This document shows positions 1 through 10,341 of a DNA stretch of 64,000 nt, one piece after another. The notes under the pieces were generated by a model that saw nothing but the letters and a program-made list of their open reading frames with translations, had not been told where the DNA came from and did no database searches. Position 1 is the first letter of the stretch. Each line of letters opens with the position of its first letter. This DNA comes from Nitrosomonas sp. (lineage in GTDB: Bacteria > Pseudomonadota > Gammaproteobacteria > Burkholderiales > Nitrosomonadaceae). The position numbers were made by a program, and so were the translations under genes. The DNA lies in assembly GCA_017994575.1 (NCBI GenBank), contig JAGOKN010000003.1, positions 1,050 through 65,049 of the forward strand, in the 5' to 3' direction.

Positions 1-680
1 ATCGCGGGTTCGAAACGGTCACGATCGTTTATCGGGGTGAAGTGGCGCATCGGGATTCCACAGGTCAAGGAGGAACAATTGGGCCTGGAGATGTGCAATG
101 GATGACTGCCGGTGCAGGTATTCTGCATGAAGAATTTCACTCTGAGTCTTTTACACATTTGGGCGGTTCGCTAGAGATGGTGCAATTGTGGGTCAATTTG
201 CCCGCCAAGGACAAGATGACTACGCCGGGCTACCAAGCCATCCTCAATGCAGATATTCCAACCATTGCTTTGCCTGAAAATGCGGGTACGGTACGTGTCA
301 TCTCTGGAAATTACCAAGGCCACACAGGGCCTGCACGCACTTTTAGCCCAATGAATGTTTGGGATTTGCGTTTGAATCAGGGAAAAAGAACCGAGTTATC
401 GTTACCAGATGGCTGGAGTGCCGCACTTGTTGTTTTACATGGTACAGTGTCGGTCAATAGCGATTCAGTGGTACAAGAAGCGCAAGCGGTAGTGCTTGAT
501 CGGCCTGGTAGCGTGATAATGCTTGAAGCACAAGCAGATGCTGTAGTGCTCTTGCTGAGCGGCGAACCGATTGATGAACCAGTTGTTGGTCAAGGTCCTT
601 TTGTGATGAATACGCAAAAAGAAATTGATCAAGCCATTGTAGATTTTAATAGCGGGCATTTCGGGCAATTATCTCGCTAG
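1..680 (+). CDS. Pirin family protein (start lies upstream of the window)
   Basis: Frame is open from the window edge: RGFETVTIVYRGEVAHRDSTG...GDVQWMTAGAGILHEE (pirin metal-binding cupin motif), plus C-terminal GEPIDEPVVGQGPFVMNT. Confidence 0.93.
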   Translation, partial: RGFETVTIVYRGEVAHRDSTGQGGTIGPGDVQWMTAGAGILHEEFHSESFTHLGGSLEMVQLWVNLPAKDKMTTPGYQAILNADIPTIALPENAGTVRVISGNYQGHTGPARTFSPMNVWDLRLNQGKRTELSLPDGWSAALVVLHGTVSVNSDSVVQEAQAVVLDRPGSVIMLEAQADAVVLLLSGEPIDEPVVGQGPFVMNTQKEIDQAIVDFNSGHFGQLSR

Positions 681-726
681 TTTGCATGGTTATTACTTTT
701 GTAACATTCATTTATAGGAAAAACAT

Positions 727-1404
727 ATGAGTATCCCAGCTAATTTCGACGGAAAAACTCCGACTATCGATCCAAACGATGCTTTAATGCTGTTGATCGA
801 TCATCAGAGCGGTCTATTTCAGATCGTTAAGGATATCCCCATTCCTCAATTGAGAGCGAACGTGGTAGCCCTGGCTAAGGCAGCCACTATTGGAAAAATT
901 CCTGTTATTACCTCGGCATCGGTTCCGCAAGGCCCAAACGGTCCGCTCATTCCGGAGGTTCATCAGTTTGCGCCTCATGCCAAATATGTTGCCCGCCGTG
1001 GCGAAATCAATGTATGGGATAGCCCTGATTTTCTTGCGGCAATCAAGGCGGCTCAACGGAAAACATTGATCGTTGCTGGCACCCTTACCAGCGTTTGCTT
1101 GGCTTTTCCTTGTATCAGTGCGGTTAACGCTGGATACAAAGTTTTCGCGGTAATCGATGCTTCTGGAAGCGTATCCAATTTGGCAACAGATTTGACTATT
1201 GCCCGATTAGCACAGGCAGGCGTAGTGCCTATTGATACGGTAGCCGTGCTCTCTGAATTGCAGAAATCATGGGCAGGATCCAGTGCTGCGGAGTGGGCAG
1301 GTGCATATTCAGGTGCCATGCCACATTATCAGTTATTGATCGAGAGTTACTTAAAAGCCCAGCAAGTCGCAAGGGATGATGAAGCGATGGACTCTGAACG
1401 CTGA
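727..1404 (+). CDS. Isochorismatase/YcaC-like cysteine hydrolase
   Basis: [17 protein letters not shown], and catalytic Cys in SVCLAFP. Confidence 0.88.
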   Translation: MSIPANFDGKTPTIDPNDALMLLIDHQSGLFQIVKDIPIPQLRANVVALAKAATIGKIPVITSASVPQGPNGPLIPEVHQFAPHAKYVARRGEINVWDSPDFLAAIKAAQRKTLIVAGTLTSVCLAFPCISAVNAGYKVFAVIDASGSVSNLATDLTIARLAQAGVVPIDTVAVLSELQKSWAGSSAAEWAGAYSGAMPHYQLLIESYLKAQQVARDDEAMDSER

Positions 1405-1500
1405 TATTGCCATCGAGATGAAGGCATTTAACAAAAATCCTTTTGATCATCGTTTTGCTCATTGAACACACTTTTTTAACGATATGCACGGAGAAATAGA

Positions 1501-2127
1501 ATGAATAAACCTTATCAACGCCTCGATAAAAACAACGCTGTCGTAGCTTTAGTCGACCATCAAGCAGGATTGCTATCCTTGGTGCGCGATTTCGAGCCGG
1601 ATAGATTCAAGAACAATGTACTGGCTTTAGCTGATCTCGCCAAATATTTCAAATTGCCAACTATTTTGACCACCAGTTTTGAAGATGGTCCCAATGGACC
1701 GTTGGTCCCTGAATTAAAACAAATTTTCCCGGATGCTCCATACATCGCGCGACCAGGACAAATTAACGCTTGGGATAACGAGGATTTTGTCAAAGCCATT
1801 AAAGCAACAGGCAAAAAACAGTTGATCATCGCGGGCGTTGTTACAGAGGTTTGTGTCGCTTTTCCAGCACTTTCGGCTCTGGAAGAAGGTTTTCAGGTAT
1901 TTGTTGTGACCGACGCATCGGGAACTTTTAATGAGGTGACTCGCGAAGCTGCTTGGAGCCGCATGGCGGAATCGGGGGCACAATTGATGAGCTGGTTTGG
2001 CGTTGCTTGCGAACTGCATCGTGACTGGAGAAATGACATCGAAGGTCTTGGCGCACTGTTCTCTAATCATATTCCTGATTATCGTAATCTTTTCACATCC
2101 TATGTTGCAATCAACGCTAGGAAGTAA
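1501..2127 (+). CDS. ycaC: YcaC-type isochorismatase family hydrolase
   Basis: Closely resembles E. coli YcaC: YQRLDKNNAVVALVDHQAGLLSLVRD, GVVTEVCVAFP, ELHRDWRNDIEGL. Confidence 0.9.
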   Translation: MNKPYQRLDKNNAVVALVDHQAGLLSLVRDFEPDRFKNNVLALADLAKYFKLPTILTTSFEDGPNGPLVPELKQIFPDAPYIARPGQINAWDNEDFVKAIKATGKKQLIIAGVVTEVCVAFPALSALEEGFQVFVVTDASGTFNEVTREAAWSRMAESGAQLMSWFGVACELHRDWRNDIEGLGALFSNHIPDYRNLFTSYVAINARK

Positions 2128-2505
2128 ATGAGTTGAAAAGTAGCTGACCGGCGTGGCTGAGCATAGACTCAGCCGTAACTTCTCAAATTGGTTTTTGCTT
2201 TATATACCTCCATAATCACCGGTTTTGTGAGATCGATTGGAAATAATCTATCTGTTGAATTCGAAATGGAATATTATCGTTAACTAGAGGGATCGGTTGG
2301 GTTTATGTGATAATGGAATTAGTCGGAGATTATTCTGAGAATCCATTCCAAGAAATGGCTTTTGATATACCCATGCTTTCTCTATGCCGTACTATTGAAA
2401 TTGATCTTCTTGAAATATTAGGAGAAAAAGAGACCCCTTGGGGTATTGAGGAATAAAACGGAATACTCATGTAAGGATTCTGTTGAAAAGAGTACCGTTA
2501 GCTAG

Positions 2506-2648
2506 GGAAGCGCTGATTAATTCAACGAACGTGATGAAGGGCGAGGCGCACGGAACGCAACAACCGAGACATATCAATCTGATAGGCGAGGGAGTGAGTA
2601 CCGCGCAACGAAGCAATTCGCTCGTGCAGTCAATTAATCAGCGCTTCC
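2506..2648. mobile_element. 143-bp MITE family A, copy 1 (IS5-type ends)
   Basis: Perfect 17-bp TIR GGAAGCGCTGATTAATT/AATTAATCAGCGCTTCC, flanked by a CTAG direct repeat (2502-2505, 2649-2652); near-identical copy at 18313..18455. Confidence 0.9.
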
Positions 2649-2673
2649 CTAGAAAAGATAGTGCAAATTAAAG

Positions 2674-2977
2674 TAAAGGTGCCTATCCTATTTACGACCA
2701 GGATGCAGCAGTGCTCCTGGTTGGAGTAAATGTGACGACAGATTTCGCTTAAGCTGTTTTCAATTTCACTGCAATTATTTTCTTTCAAAGCTCATTAAAG
2801 ACCACTTGAATGGATACTACCGAAACTGTTACTCCGCCAACGCTTGAAATCAACACGTCGCGCCAAATGTTATCGTGGCTATCCGAGCAAAAGCTTTCCA
2901 TTGCATTGACCACTTACCAGATAGGCAAGCTCTATTTCATTGGCCTTAAGCCCGATAACGGGCTTCCGGTATTTGAG
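2674..2977 (+). repeat. ~300-bp duplicate of 6487..6790 (FG-GAP gene 3' end, intergenic region and TIGR03032-type gene 5' end), truncated by IS5
   Basis: Near-identical at offset 3813 from 2698 onward; ORF 2810 matches ORF 6623 up to PDNGLxVFE, then runs into the IS end. Confidence 0.93.
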
Positions 2978-4166
2978 GAAACTCTGATTAAGTCCCAAAA
3001 ACTTGTAAAATACTTGGTAGATCGTAACCACTGCAAGGGAGCGCATTGATGAAACAATTAGGCTTGTCGATTCCATTATTTATTAAGAAACCGAAAGTAA
3101 CTCGCCGACAAAAGTTTCTCGAAGAAATGGAGTAAGTAATTCCTTGGTCAGAGTGGACGAATCGGATCGCGTCGCACTATCCGGTAGCGGGTTTGGGACG
3201 TAAGCCATTTGCGTTGGAAGCGATGCTGCGGATTCATATGATGCAACAATGGTTTGGTTATTCAGATCCGGGAATGGAAGAAGCGTTACATGATGTGCCG
3301 ATGTTGCGTGAATTTGCAGGATTGGATGCAGGAGAAGATGTCATGCCTGATGAAACGACGATCCTCAAGTTTCGCCACCTGCTGGAGAAGCATCACTTGG
3401 CGCAAAGCCTGTTTGCTGAAACGACTGCGCAGTTAGCGCAGCAGGGATTATTGCTGCGTCAGGGCACGATAGTTGATGCCACGCTGATAGCGGCTGCGCC
3501 ATCGACCAAGAACCGGCAGCGCAAACGTGATGGCGAGATGAGTTCGACTAAGAAGAGCAACAACGATTACTTTGGATTAAAAGCACACATAGGCGTAGAT
3601 GCCAATTCCGGCCTGGTGCATAGCCTGGAAATTACCACGGCCAAAGTGGCCGATGGCAACATGATTGATGCACTGGTACATGGCGAAGAGGCGGTTGTAT
3701 TGGGTGATCGGGCTTATACTCGTAATGATCGCAATTTGGAAGCACAACGGCAACCGGAAGAGCCGGTCTGGGGCATGCCATTCAAACGCAAGCGCGGTGA
3801 GGAATTGCCAGCAGAACACACCGTGCTCAATCGCATGCTAGCTTCACTACGCGCAAAGGTTGAACATCCGTTTCGTATTGTCAAAAGACAATTTGGTTAT
3901 ACCAAAGTCCGTTACCGAGGATTGTTCAAGAATGCACAACAGCTCTACTTGTTGTTTGCCTTGGCTAATCTCTACCATGTCCGTAAGGTGTGGATGCCAA
4001 CCACGGGATAATTCCGTCCAATACCCCTGGAAATCAGCATCAGGGGACTGAATAGTAGCAATCTGCTAAGAATTACAGCTACGAATCGTACAATAATGAC
4101 TGTATTAGCTACTTTACCGATAGCTTTGTCGACAAAACTGGAATAAATAACTTAATCAGAGCTTCC
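2977..4166 (+). mobile_element. IS5-family insertion sequence (~1190 bp)
   Basis: TIRs GGAAACTCTGATTAAGT (2977) and ACTTAATCAGAGCTTCC (ends 4166) enclosing a transposase; flanks TTGA/TTAA do not match. Confidence 0.92.
3049..4011 (+). pseudogene. IS5-family transposase with premature stop
   Basis: ATG 3049 MKQLGLS...KFLEEME*VIPW, in-frame TAA at 3133-3135; downstream motifs PDETTILKFRHLLE, IVDATLI, GDRAY, RAKVEHPF. Confidence 0.88.
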
Positions 4167-4289
4167 TTAACGGGCTGGCCAGAACAATCTGCAATTTTCT
4201 TAGGTATACTTGTTGGCGTTAATTTATTAGTAAACGGCCTCGTTGCTTTGTTATTAGGTTTTAAAATTACGGCGATCGAAAGCGCGTAG
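4167..4289 (+). pseudogene. C-terminal remnant of a membrane protein (HdeD/DUF308-like)
   Basis: Immediately after the IS end the frame reads LTGWPEQSAIFLGILVGVNLLVNGLVALLLGFKITAIESA*. Confidence 0.55.
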
Positions 4290-4645
4290 GGTTACGAATC
4301 GTTGTTTATGGGACTGAAGCCTATGAACAGGATAAATCATTGGTACGGCCAGATCTGCCAGATTTTTTCTTCAAAAGGGGTGGTGGCCACCATTCCCAAT
4401 ACTGTTAACCAATAGTCATTTAAATAGTCATTTATAGTGAACTTCAAGTAAATCCTGCTTTTCCTTTATTCACGATTCATCATTTAAAATCAGCAGCCAA
4501 AATTGTTGTGTTCATTGCGTAGGAATAAGTTTACAATGCGGTTTCGATCTTAAGGATCAGAAGGTTACCAAGGTAATTTGTGTGATTCTGATAATACAGA
4601 CATGACGCGAATTACCTTATTTTATTTATTTTAGGACACTATTTT

Positions 4646-6565
4646 ATGGTTACAAATATCGATTTATCCACCTTAAACGGCACGAGTGGTTTTAGTCTTT
4701 TGGGTGCGGCACTCAACGATATGCTCGGTCATTCAGTGAGCAGTGCGGGAGATGTCAATGGTGATGGTTATGAAGATTTAATCATCGGTGCTTTTGGTGC
4801 AAACGCCAGCTATGTGGTATTGGGTCAGGCTTCTGGATTTAATGCCGCATTGAATGTCAGCAGTCTTGATGGCAGCAATGGTTTCGTTTTGAAACCGGGA
4901 GCGCTGGGTTATCACTTTGGGGCTTCTGTGAGCAGTGCGGGTGATATCAATGGTGATGGATTTGCCGATTTGATTGTTGGAGATGATGCATCTGATCGCA
5001 ACAGCTTGGTCAATTCAGGATCAAGTGTTGTGGTTTTTGGAAAGGCTTCCGGTTTTGGTGCTCAGTTGAACACGGAAAATTTGAATGGCAGCAATGGTTT
5101 TCAAATGACTGGAATCGCAGCGGGTGATCATCTGGGTTCATCGGTCAGTGGCGCGGGCGATGTGAATGGCGATGGGTTTGATGATCTGATTGTCGGCGCT
5201 TCCGGCGTCGGCACTGATGATGCCGGTGCCAGTTATGTGGTTTTTGGCAAGGCTTCCGGCTTTAGCGCAAATTTTGATCTGTCGACACTCAATGGCAGTA
5301 ATGGTTTTCGCCTGAATGGTGCGGTTGGAGAAATCAATGCTGGCTTTTTAGTCAGCAATGCCGGAGATGTCAACGGTGATCGCTATGATGATCTGATTGT
5401 CGCTTCAAATCCTTCCGAATCGGCGAATAATTCTAGCTTTGTCGTATTTGGCAAGGCTTCCGGCTTTAGTGCAACGCTTGATTTATCGAATCTCGACGGC
5501 AGCAATGGCTTTCAGCTGGATGAAGGTGCGACGGGTAACTTCACCAGTATCAGCAACGCTGGGGATGTCAATGGTGACGGCTTTGGTGATTTGATTGTCG
5601 GTGCCTCCGGCGTTGGTGCCAATGGCGCTGGGGGGAGTTATGTGGTGTTTGGTAAGGCTGCTGGTTTTGGCGCCGCACTTAATGTATCCAATCTCGACGG
5701 CAGCAATGGTTTCCGGTTGAATGGGTTTACCGAGAATGATCGCCCAACAGTCAGCAATGCCGGCGATGTGAATGGCGATGGCTTTGGTGATCTGATAGTT
5801 GGTGGTTTTAATTACAGTGGCAGCACCAACAATGCAGGTTTTGTTGTCTATGGCAAAGCCTCGGGTTTCAGTGCGACGCTCAATTTATCCAGTATTAATG
5901 GTAGTAATGGTTTCCGCCTGGATGGAGGAGCAGATTCTGTTCCAATTGTGAGCAGTGCCGGGGACGTGAATGGTGATGGTTTTGATGATCTGGTAATCGG
6001 CCAACCAGCTTACGGAGCATCTGGTGATAAAAGTCATGTGGTGTTTGGCGGCAATTTTAGCGATGCGGTCACTCACTTAGGGACATCTGCAGCAGATACG
6101 CTTACCGGTACATGGAAAGCAGATCGTATCTTAGCCGGAGGCGGTAATGATGTTATTGTCAGTCGGGGTGGGGCTGATGTATTTTATGGTGGTGCTGGTG
6201 ACGACACCATCAGAGCATCCAATTTAAATTTTCAGTTAATAGATGGTGGCAGTGGCTATGATACGTTGGGGTTAGCGGGTAGTAATCTACATCTGAACTT
6301 GAGCAATGTGAAAGGCAGACTCACTGATATTGAGAAGATTAATATGTATGGTAATGGCGACAATACGGTGAGCTTGACGGTGTTTGATGTGCTGAATATA
6401 TCAAGTACCAGTAATACTTTAAAACTAAGCGGTAATGCTGGAGACCGTGTGTTTGGATTGAGTAGCGGTTGGACGGATGGTGGAATTAAAGGCGCCTATC
6501 ATGTGTATACCCAGGATGCAGCAGTGCTCCTGGTTGGAGTAAATGTGACGACAGATTTCGCTTAA
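4646..6565 (+). CDS. FG-GAP (integrin-alpha-like) repeat protein with C-terminal RTX-type Ca-binding repeats
   Basis: Seven AGD(V/I)NGDxxxDL repeats; GGGND, GGAGDD and GGSGYD nonapeptide-like repeats; no N-terminal signal peptide. Confidence 0.9.
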   Translation: MVTNIDLSTLNGTSGFSLLGAALNDMLGHSVSSAGDVNGDGYEDLIIGAFGANASYVVLGQASGFNAALNVSSLDGSNGFVLKPGALGYHFGASVSSAGDINGDGFADLIVGDDASDRNSLVNSGSSVVVFGKASGFGAQLNTENLNGSNGFQMTGIAAGDHLGSSVSGAGDVNGDGFDDLIVGASGVGTDDAGASYVVFGKASGFSANFDLSTLNGSNGFRLNGAVGEINAGFLVSNAGDVNGDRYDDLIVASNPSESANNSSFVVFGKASGFSATLDLSNLDGSNGFQLDEGATGNFTSISNAGDVNGDGFGDLIVGASGVGANGAGGSYVVFGKAAGFGAALNVSNLDGSNGFRLNGFTENDRPTVSNAGDVNGDGFGDLIVGGFNYSGSTNNAGFVVYGKASGFSATLNLSSINGSNGFRLDGGADSVPIVSSAGDVNGDGFDDLVIGQPAYGASGDKSHVVFGGNFSDAVTHLGTSAADTLTGTWKADRILAGGGNDVIVSRGGADVFYGGAGDDTIRASNLNFQLIDGGSGYDTLGLAGSNLHLNLSNVKGRLTDIEKINMYGNGDNTVSLTVFDVLNISSTSNTLKLSGNAGDRVFGLSSGWTDGGIKGAYHVYTQDAAVLLVGVNVTTDFA

Positions 6566-6622
6566 GCTGTTTTCAATTTCACTGCAATTATTTTCTTTTA
6601 AAGCTCATTAAAGACCACTTGA

Positions 6623-7675
6623 ATGGATACTACCGAAACTGTTACTCCGCCAACGCTTGAAATCAACACGTCGCGTCAAATGTTATCGTGGCTATCCGAG
6701 CAAAAGCTTTCCATTGCATTGACCACTTACCAGATAGGCAAGCTCTATTTCATTGGCCTTAAGCCCGATAACGGGCTTTCGGTATTTGAGCGAAGCTTTA
6801 ATCGCTGCATGGGCTTGTGCTCGACACCGAATGGTTTATACATGAGCAGTCTGTATCAGGTGTGGCGTTTTGAGAACGTATTCGAGACGGGGCAGCAACA
6901 GGATGGTTTTGATCGATTGTACGTGCCGCAAGTAGGTTATACCACTGGTGATTTGGATATTCACGACATGGCGGTGGATAGTGATGGTCGATTGGTGTTT
7001 GTCAATACTTTGTTTGGCTGTTTGGCGACGTTGAGCGAAACACATAGTTTTAAACCATTATGGAAGCCTCCTTTCATCAGCAAGTTGGCAGCGGAGGATC
7101 GCTGTCATTTGAATGGCCTGGCGATGAAAGACGGTCAACCTGCCTACGTCACTGCGGTGGGTCAGACCGATGTCGCCGATGGCTGGCGCGAGCACCGTAG
7201 CGACGGCGGTATTGTCATGGATGTGAATAGTGATGAAATCGTTTGCGCCGGGCTTTCCATGCCACATTCTCCGCGCTGGCACGATGGTAGGTTGTGGCTG
7301 CTCAATTCTGGTGCGGGGGAGTTCGGTTATGTTGATTTGAACACAGGCCGTTTTGAATCGCTGTGTTTTTGCCCAGGTTATATGCGCGGCTTGAGTTTTC
7401 ATGGCAATTTTGCCTTGGTGGGTCTGTCCAAGCCACGTCATAACAAAACATTCAGTGGATTGGCACTGGATGCCAATCTTAAGTCACGCAACGTAGAAGC
7501 TCGGTGCGGCGTGCAGGTCATTGATTTGCGTACCGGTGATGTGGTGCATTGGTTGCGTATGGATGGCGTGGTGGAAGAATTGTACGACGTGATAGTTTTG
7601 CCCCAAGTACGTTGTCCCATGGCCTTGGGCTTTAAGACTGATGAAATTCGTCGAGTATTGAGTATTGAAACCTAA
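6623..7675 (+). CDS. TIGR03032/DUF4915 family protein
   Basis: TTYQIGKL, TGDLDIHD, EDRCHLNGLA, GLSMPHSPRWHDGRLWLLNSG, ELYDV motifs. Confidence 0.85.
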   Translation: MDTTETVTPPTLEINTSRQMLSWLSEQKLSIALTTYQIGKLYFIGLKPDNGLSVFERSFNRCMGLCSTPNGLYMSSLYQVWRFENVFETGQQQDGFDRLYVPQVGYTTGDLDIHDMAVDSDGRLVFVNTLFGCLATLSETHSFKPLWKPPFISKLAAEDRCHLNGLAMKDGQPAYVTAVGQTDVADGWREHRSDGGIVMDVNSDEIVCAGLSMPHSPRWHDGRLWLLNSGAGEFGYVDLNTGRFESLCFCPGYMRGLSFHGNFALVGLSKPRHNKTFSGLALDANLKSRNVEARCGVQVIDLRTGDVVHWLRMDGVVEELYDVIVLPQVRCPMALGFKTDEIRRVLSIET

Positions 7676-7828
7676 TTTTAACCAGGCTTTATGGTAGTTT
7701 ATCGTATTCCTAAAAATGTAAATTAATGGCATCTTTGCAGCAAATGACAAGTCTGTAAAATCTTTTCTGGTACCATGTTCAAATAATCTCCGCTTAAAAA
7801 GAAGTGTAAGTTATGTTGTGAAGGAGTT

Positions 7829-9073
7829 GTGATCATGCCAAGAATTGAAGCCAGTTTTAGCAATCAGCAAGGTGAATCGCTGACCGGTTTGCTGGAAATA
7901 CCGGTAAATACGGTGAGATCCTACGCATTATTTGCCCATTGTTTTACCTGTTCCAAAGATAATCTTGCGGCTGCACGGATTGCACGCGCTCTGGCTGATC
8001 TGGGGATTGCCGTATTGCGCTTTGATTTTACCGGTCTAGGAAATAGCAAAGGTGATTTCTCAAGCACCAATTTCTCATCCAATTTGCAGGATTTAATGGC
8101 GGCAGCCAATTATCTTGAGCAGCAATACGCTGCACCCACTTTGTTGATCGGACATAGTTTGGGCGGTTCTGCCGTATTGGCGGTCGCTCAGGATCTCCCC
8201 GCAGTGAAGGCGGTAGTGACGATTGGTGCACCTGCAACCGCAGCACATATCAAACATTTGTTCGCAGATTCTTATTATGCATTAAAGCATCAACCATCCG
8301 TGCAAATTGAATTGGGTGGGAGAAGTTTTAATATTCAGCGCCAGTTTATTGATGATCTGGAGAAATATAATTCCGTTGCGCATATTCAATCGTTGAGAAA
8401 GGCTTTGCTGGTATTTCACTCGCCATTGGATAAGGTGGTTTCTATTGATGAAGCGGCGCGCATATTTACCGCTGCCAAGCATCCTAAGAGTTTTGTGTCA
8501 CTCGATCACGCGGATCATTTGTTATCCAGTCCTGAAGATTCTCAATACGTGGCGGAAGTTTTGTCTGCCTGGGTTGGCCGTTATCTGAAAACGGAGCGGA
8601 TCGAGGTTAAGACAGAAGCTGCTGAAACACCGACCGTTGAATCGGGCAGTGTGATGGTGCGCGAATTGGATAAGAAATTTACGCGAGAAATTTTAACCTA
8701 TCAGCATCGTTTGATCAGCGACGAGCCGATCGCGATGGGAGGTACGAATCTCGGATTTAATCCCTACGAATTGTTGCTTGCCGCGTTGGGCAGCTGTACA
8801 TCGATGACATTGCGGATGTATGCCAACCACAAACAGATCGATTTGCAGGAAATCCGGGTCATATTGCATCACAATCGTATTCATGCGGAAGACTGTGCCA
8901 ATTGCGATAAATCTACGCCAACGACCGATAAAATTATCCGTAAGATTCAATTGATAGGCAATTTGGATGAACAGCAACGTACCCGGCTATTGGAAATCGC
9001 CAATCAATGCCCCGTGCACAAAACCTTAAAAAGCCGAATTGAGGTGGAAACGACATTAACGGAATCATTATGA
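7829..9073 (+). CDS. Bifunctional alpha/beta hydrolase-OsmC family protein
   Basis: FAHCFTCSKD, GHSLGG nucleophile elbow; OsmC part PYELLLAALGSCTSMT and ANQCPVH. Confidence 0.92.
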   Translation: MIMPRIEASFSNQQGESLTGLLEIPVNTVRSYALFAHCFTCSKDNLAAARIARALADLGIAVLRFDFTGLGNSKGDFSSTNFSSNLQDLMAAANYLEQQYAAPTLLIGHSLGGSAVLAVAQDLPAVKAVVTIGAPATAAHIKHLFADSYYALKHQPSVQIELGGRSFNIQRQFIDDLEKYNSVAHIQSLRKALLVFHSPLDKVVSIDEAARIFTAAKHPKSFVSLDHADHLLSSPEDSQYVAEVLSAWVGRYLKTERIEVKTEAAETPTVESGSVMVRELDKKFTREILTYQHRLISDEPIAMGGTNLGFNPYELLLAALGSCTSMTLRMYANHKQIDLQEIRVILHHNRIHAEDCANCDKSTPTTDKIIRKIQLIGNLDEQQRTRLLEIANQCPVHKTLKSRIEVETTLTESL

Positions 9074-9074
9074 G

Positions 9075-9482
9075 ATGCAAGCCAATGATAGTGTAGAAAA
9101 ATATCGGATTGATAAATGGTTGTTCGCGACACGTTTTTTTAAAACACGTTCGTTGGCAGCCGATGCGGTCGAGCGTGGCCGAGTGATCCTGAATGATCAG
9201 CGGGTAAAACCTGCCAAAGTGGTGACGGTTGGAGACATGCTGATTATCCGCATAGGCTATGTGCAATATGTGATTAAGGTGCTGATCTTGTCCAATAAAC
9301 GTGGCTCTGCTCCGCAGGCACAGCAATTGTATTGTGAAACGGATGAAAGCCGTCAACAACGTGAGATACTCGCTGCTCGGCTGAAAGCGCAACCACAACT
9401 TGCTTTTTCTTCAAAAGGACGACCTACCAAGCGTGATCGGCGGGTGATTGAACGGTTTATTTCCGATCAGGATGAATGCTGA
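9075..9482 (+). CDS. hslR: Ribosome-associated heat shock protein Hsp15 (S4 domain)
   Basis: RIDKWLFATRFFKTRSLA and GRPTKRDRR. Confidence 0.9.
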   Translation: MQANDSVEKYRIDKWLFATRFFKTRSLAADAVERGRVILNDQRVKPAKVVTVGDMLIIRIGYVQYVIKVLILSNKRGSAPQAQQLYCETDESRQQREILAARLKAQPQLAFSSKGRPTKRDRRVIERFISDQDEC

Positions 9483-9555
9483 AGTGGCGAAAGCAAAGAT
9501 TATTTTGCTGTTTGTTATCCAATATCCTTAATGAATACCATCATAGTGAGAAAAC

Positions 9556-10341
9556 ATGAGTAACAACACTTTTAACTTGGACAAAGAGCAACTGATACAA
9601 CAATCCTTTGTGCAAATGGACAAGCATCTGCAAGGTACTGAATACAGTCGAGCGCAAAAGCTGGCACTGACTTGTCGCATTTTATTTGAAAATGGACATG
9701 ATTCTGGATTGGCAGGACAAATTACCGCGCGTGGTGAGAAGCCAGGAACATATTTAACACAGCGACTGGGGTTGGGATTTGATGAAATCCGGGCAAGCAA
9801 CTTATTGGTTGTCAATGAAGACCTGGAAGTGCTGCAAGGTGATGGCATGGCGAATCCGGCTAATCGTTTCCATTCATGGCTGTATCGCGCCAGACCTGAT
9901 GTGCAGTGCATTATTCATACCCATGCTGTACATACGGCAGCGCTTAGTATGCTGGAAGTGCCTCTGGAAATCTCGCATATGGATAACTGTGTGTTGTATG
10001 ACGATGTGGCGTTCTTGCCTAAATGGCCCGGTGTGCCAGTAGGTAACGAAGAAGGAGAGCTGATTTCTAAAACCATAGGCAGTAAGCGTGCTTTATTGCT
10101 GGCGCATCATGGATTGCTTGTTGCCTGCTCGAGCATTGAAGAAACCTGTATGTTATCTATTGCTTTCGAAAGAGCTGCACGCATGCATTTATTGGCCGCC
10201 GCTGCAGGCAAGATTCAACCGATTGATCCTGATCTGGGACGTGAAGCACATGATTGGATTCTGCGCGGACAACGCAGTGCGGTTGGTTTTGCTTACTATG
10301 CACGGCGTAGCTTGAAACAAAATTCAGATTGTCTGGAATAA
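9556..10341 (+). CDS. Class II aldolase/adducin family protein
   Basis: NPANRFHSWLYRARPDVQCIIHTH and LLAHHG metal-binding motifs. Confidence 0.88.
   Translation: MSNNTFNLDKEQLIQQSFVQMDKHLQGTEYSRAQKLALTCRILFENGHDSGLAGQITARGEKPGTYLTQRLGLGFDEIRASNLLVVNEDLEVLQGDGMANPANRFHSWLYRARPDVQCIIHTHAVHTAALSMLEVPLEISHMDNCVLYDDVAFLPKWPGVPVGNEEGELISKTIGSKRALLLAHHGLLVACSSIEETCMLSIAFERAARMHLLAAAAGKIQPIDPDLGREAHDWILRGQRSAVGFAYYARRSLKQNSDCLE

Noticed and set aside
2483-2671. Similar short ORFs at 2483..2671 and 18248..18490, suggesting a small protein family
   Set aside because: The similarity comes entirely from the 143-bp MITE they read through.
4700-6050. Periodic DNA repeats here and at 62.7-64 kb as a possible CRISPR array or tandem repeat locus
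   Set aside because: They are degenerate in-frame coding repeats (FG-GAP, RTX) with no constant repeat/unique spacer structure and no cas genes.
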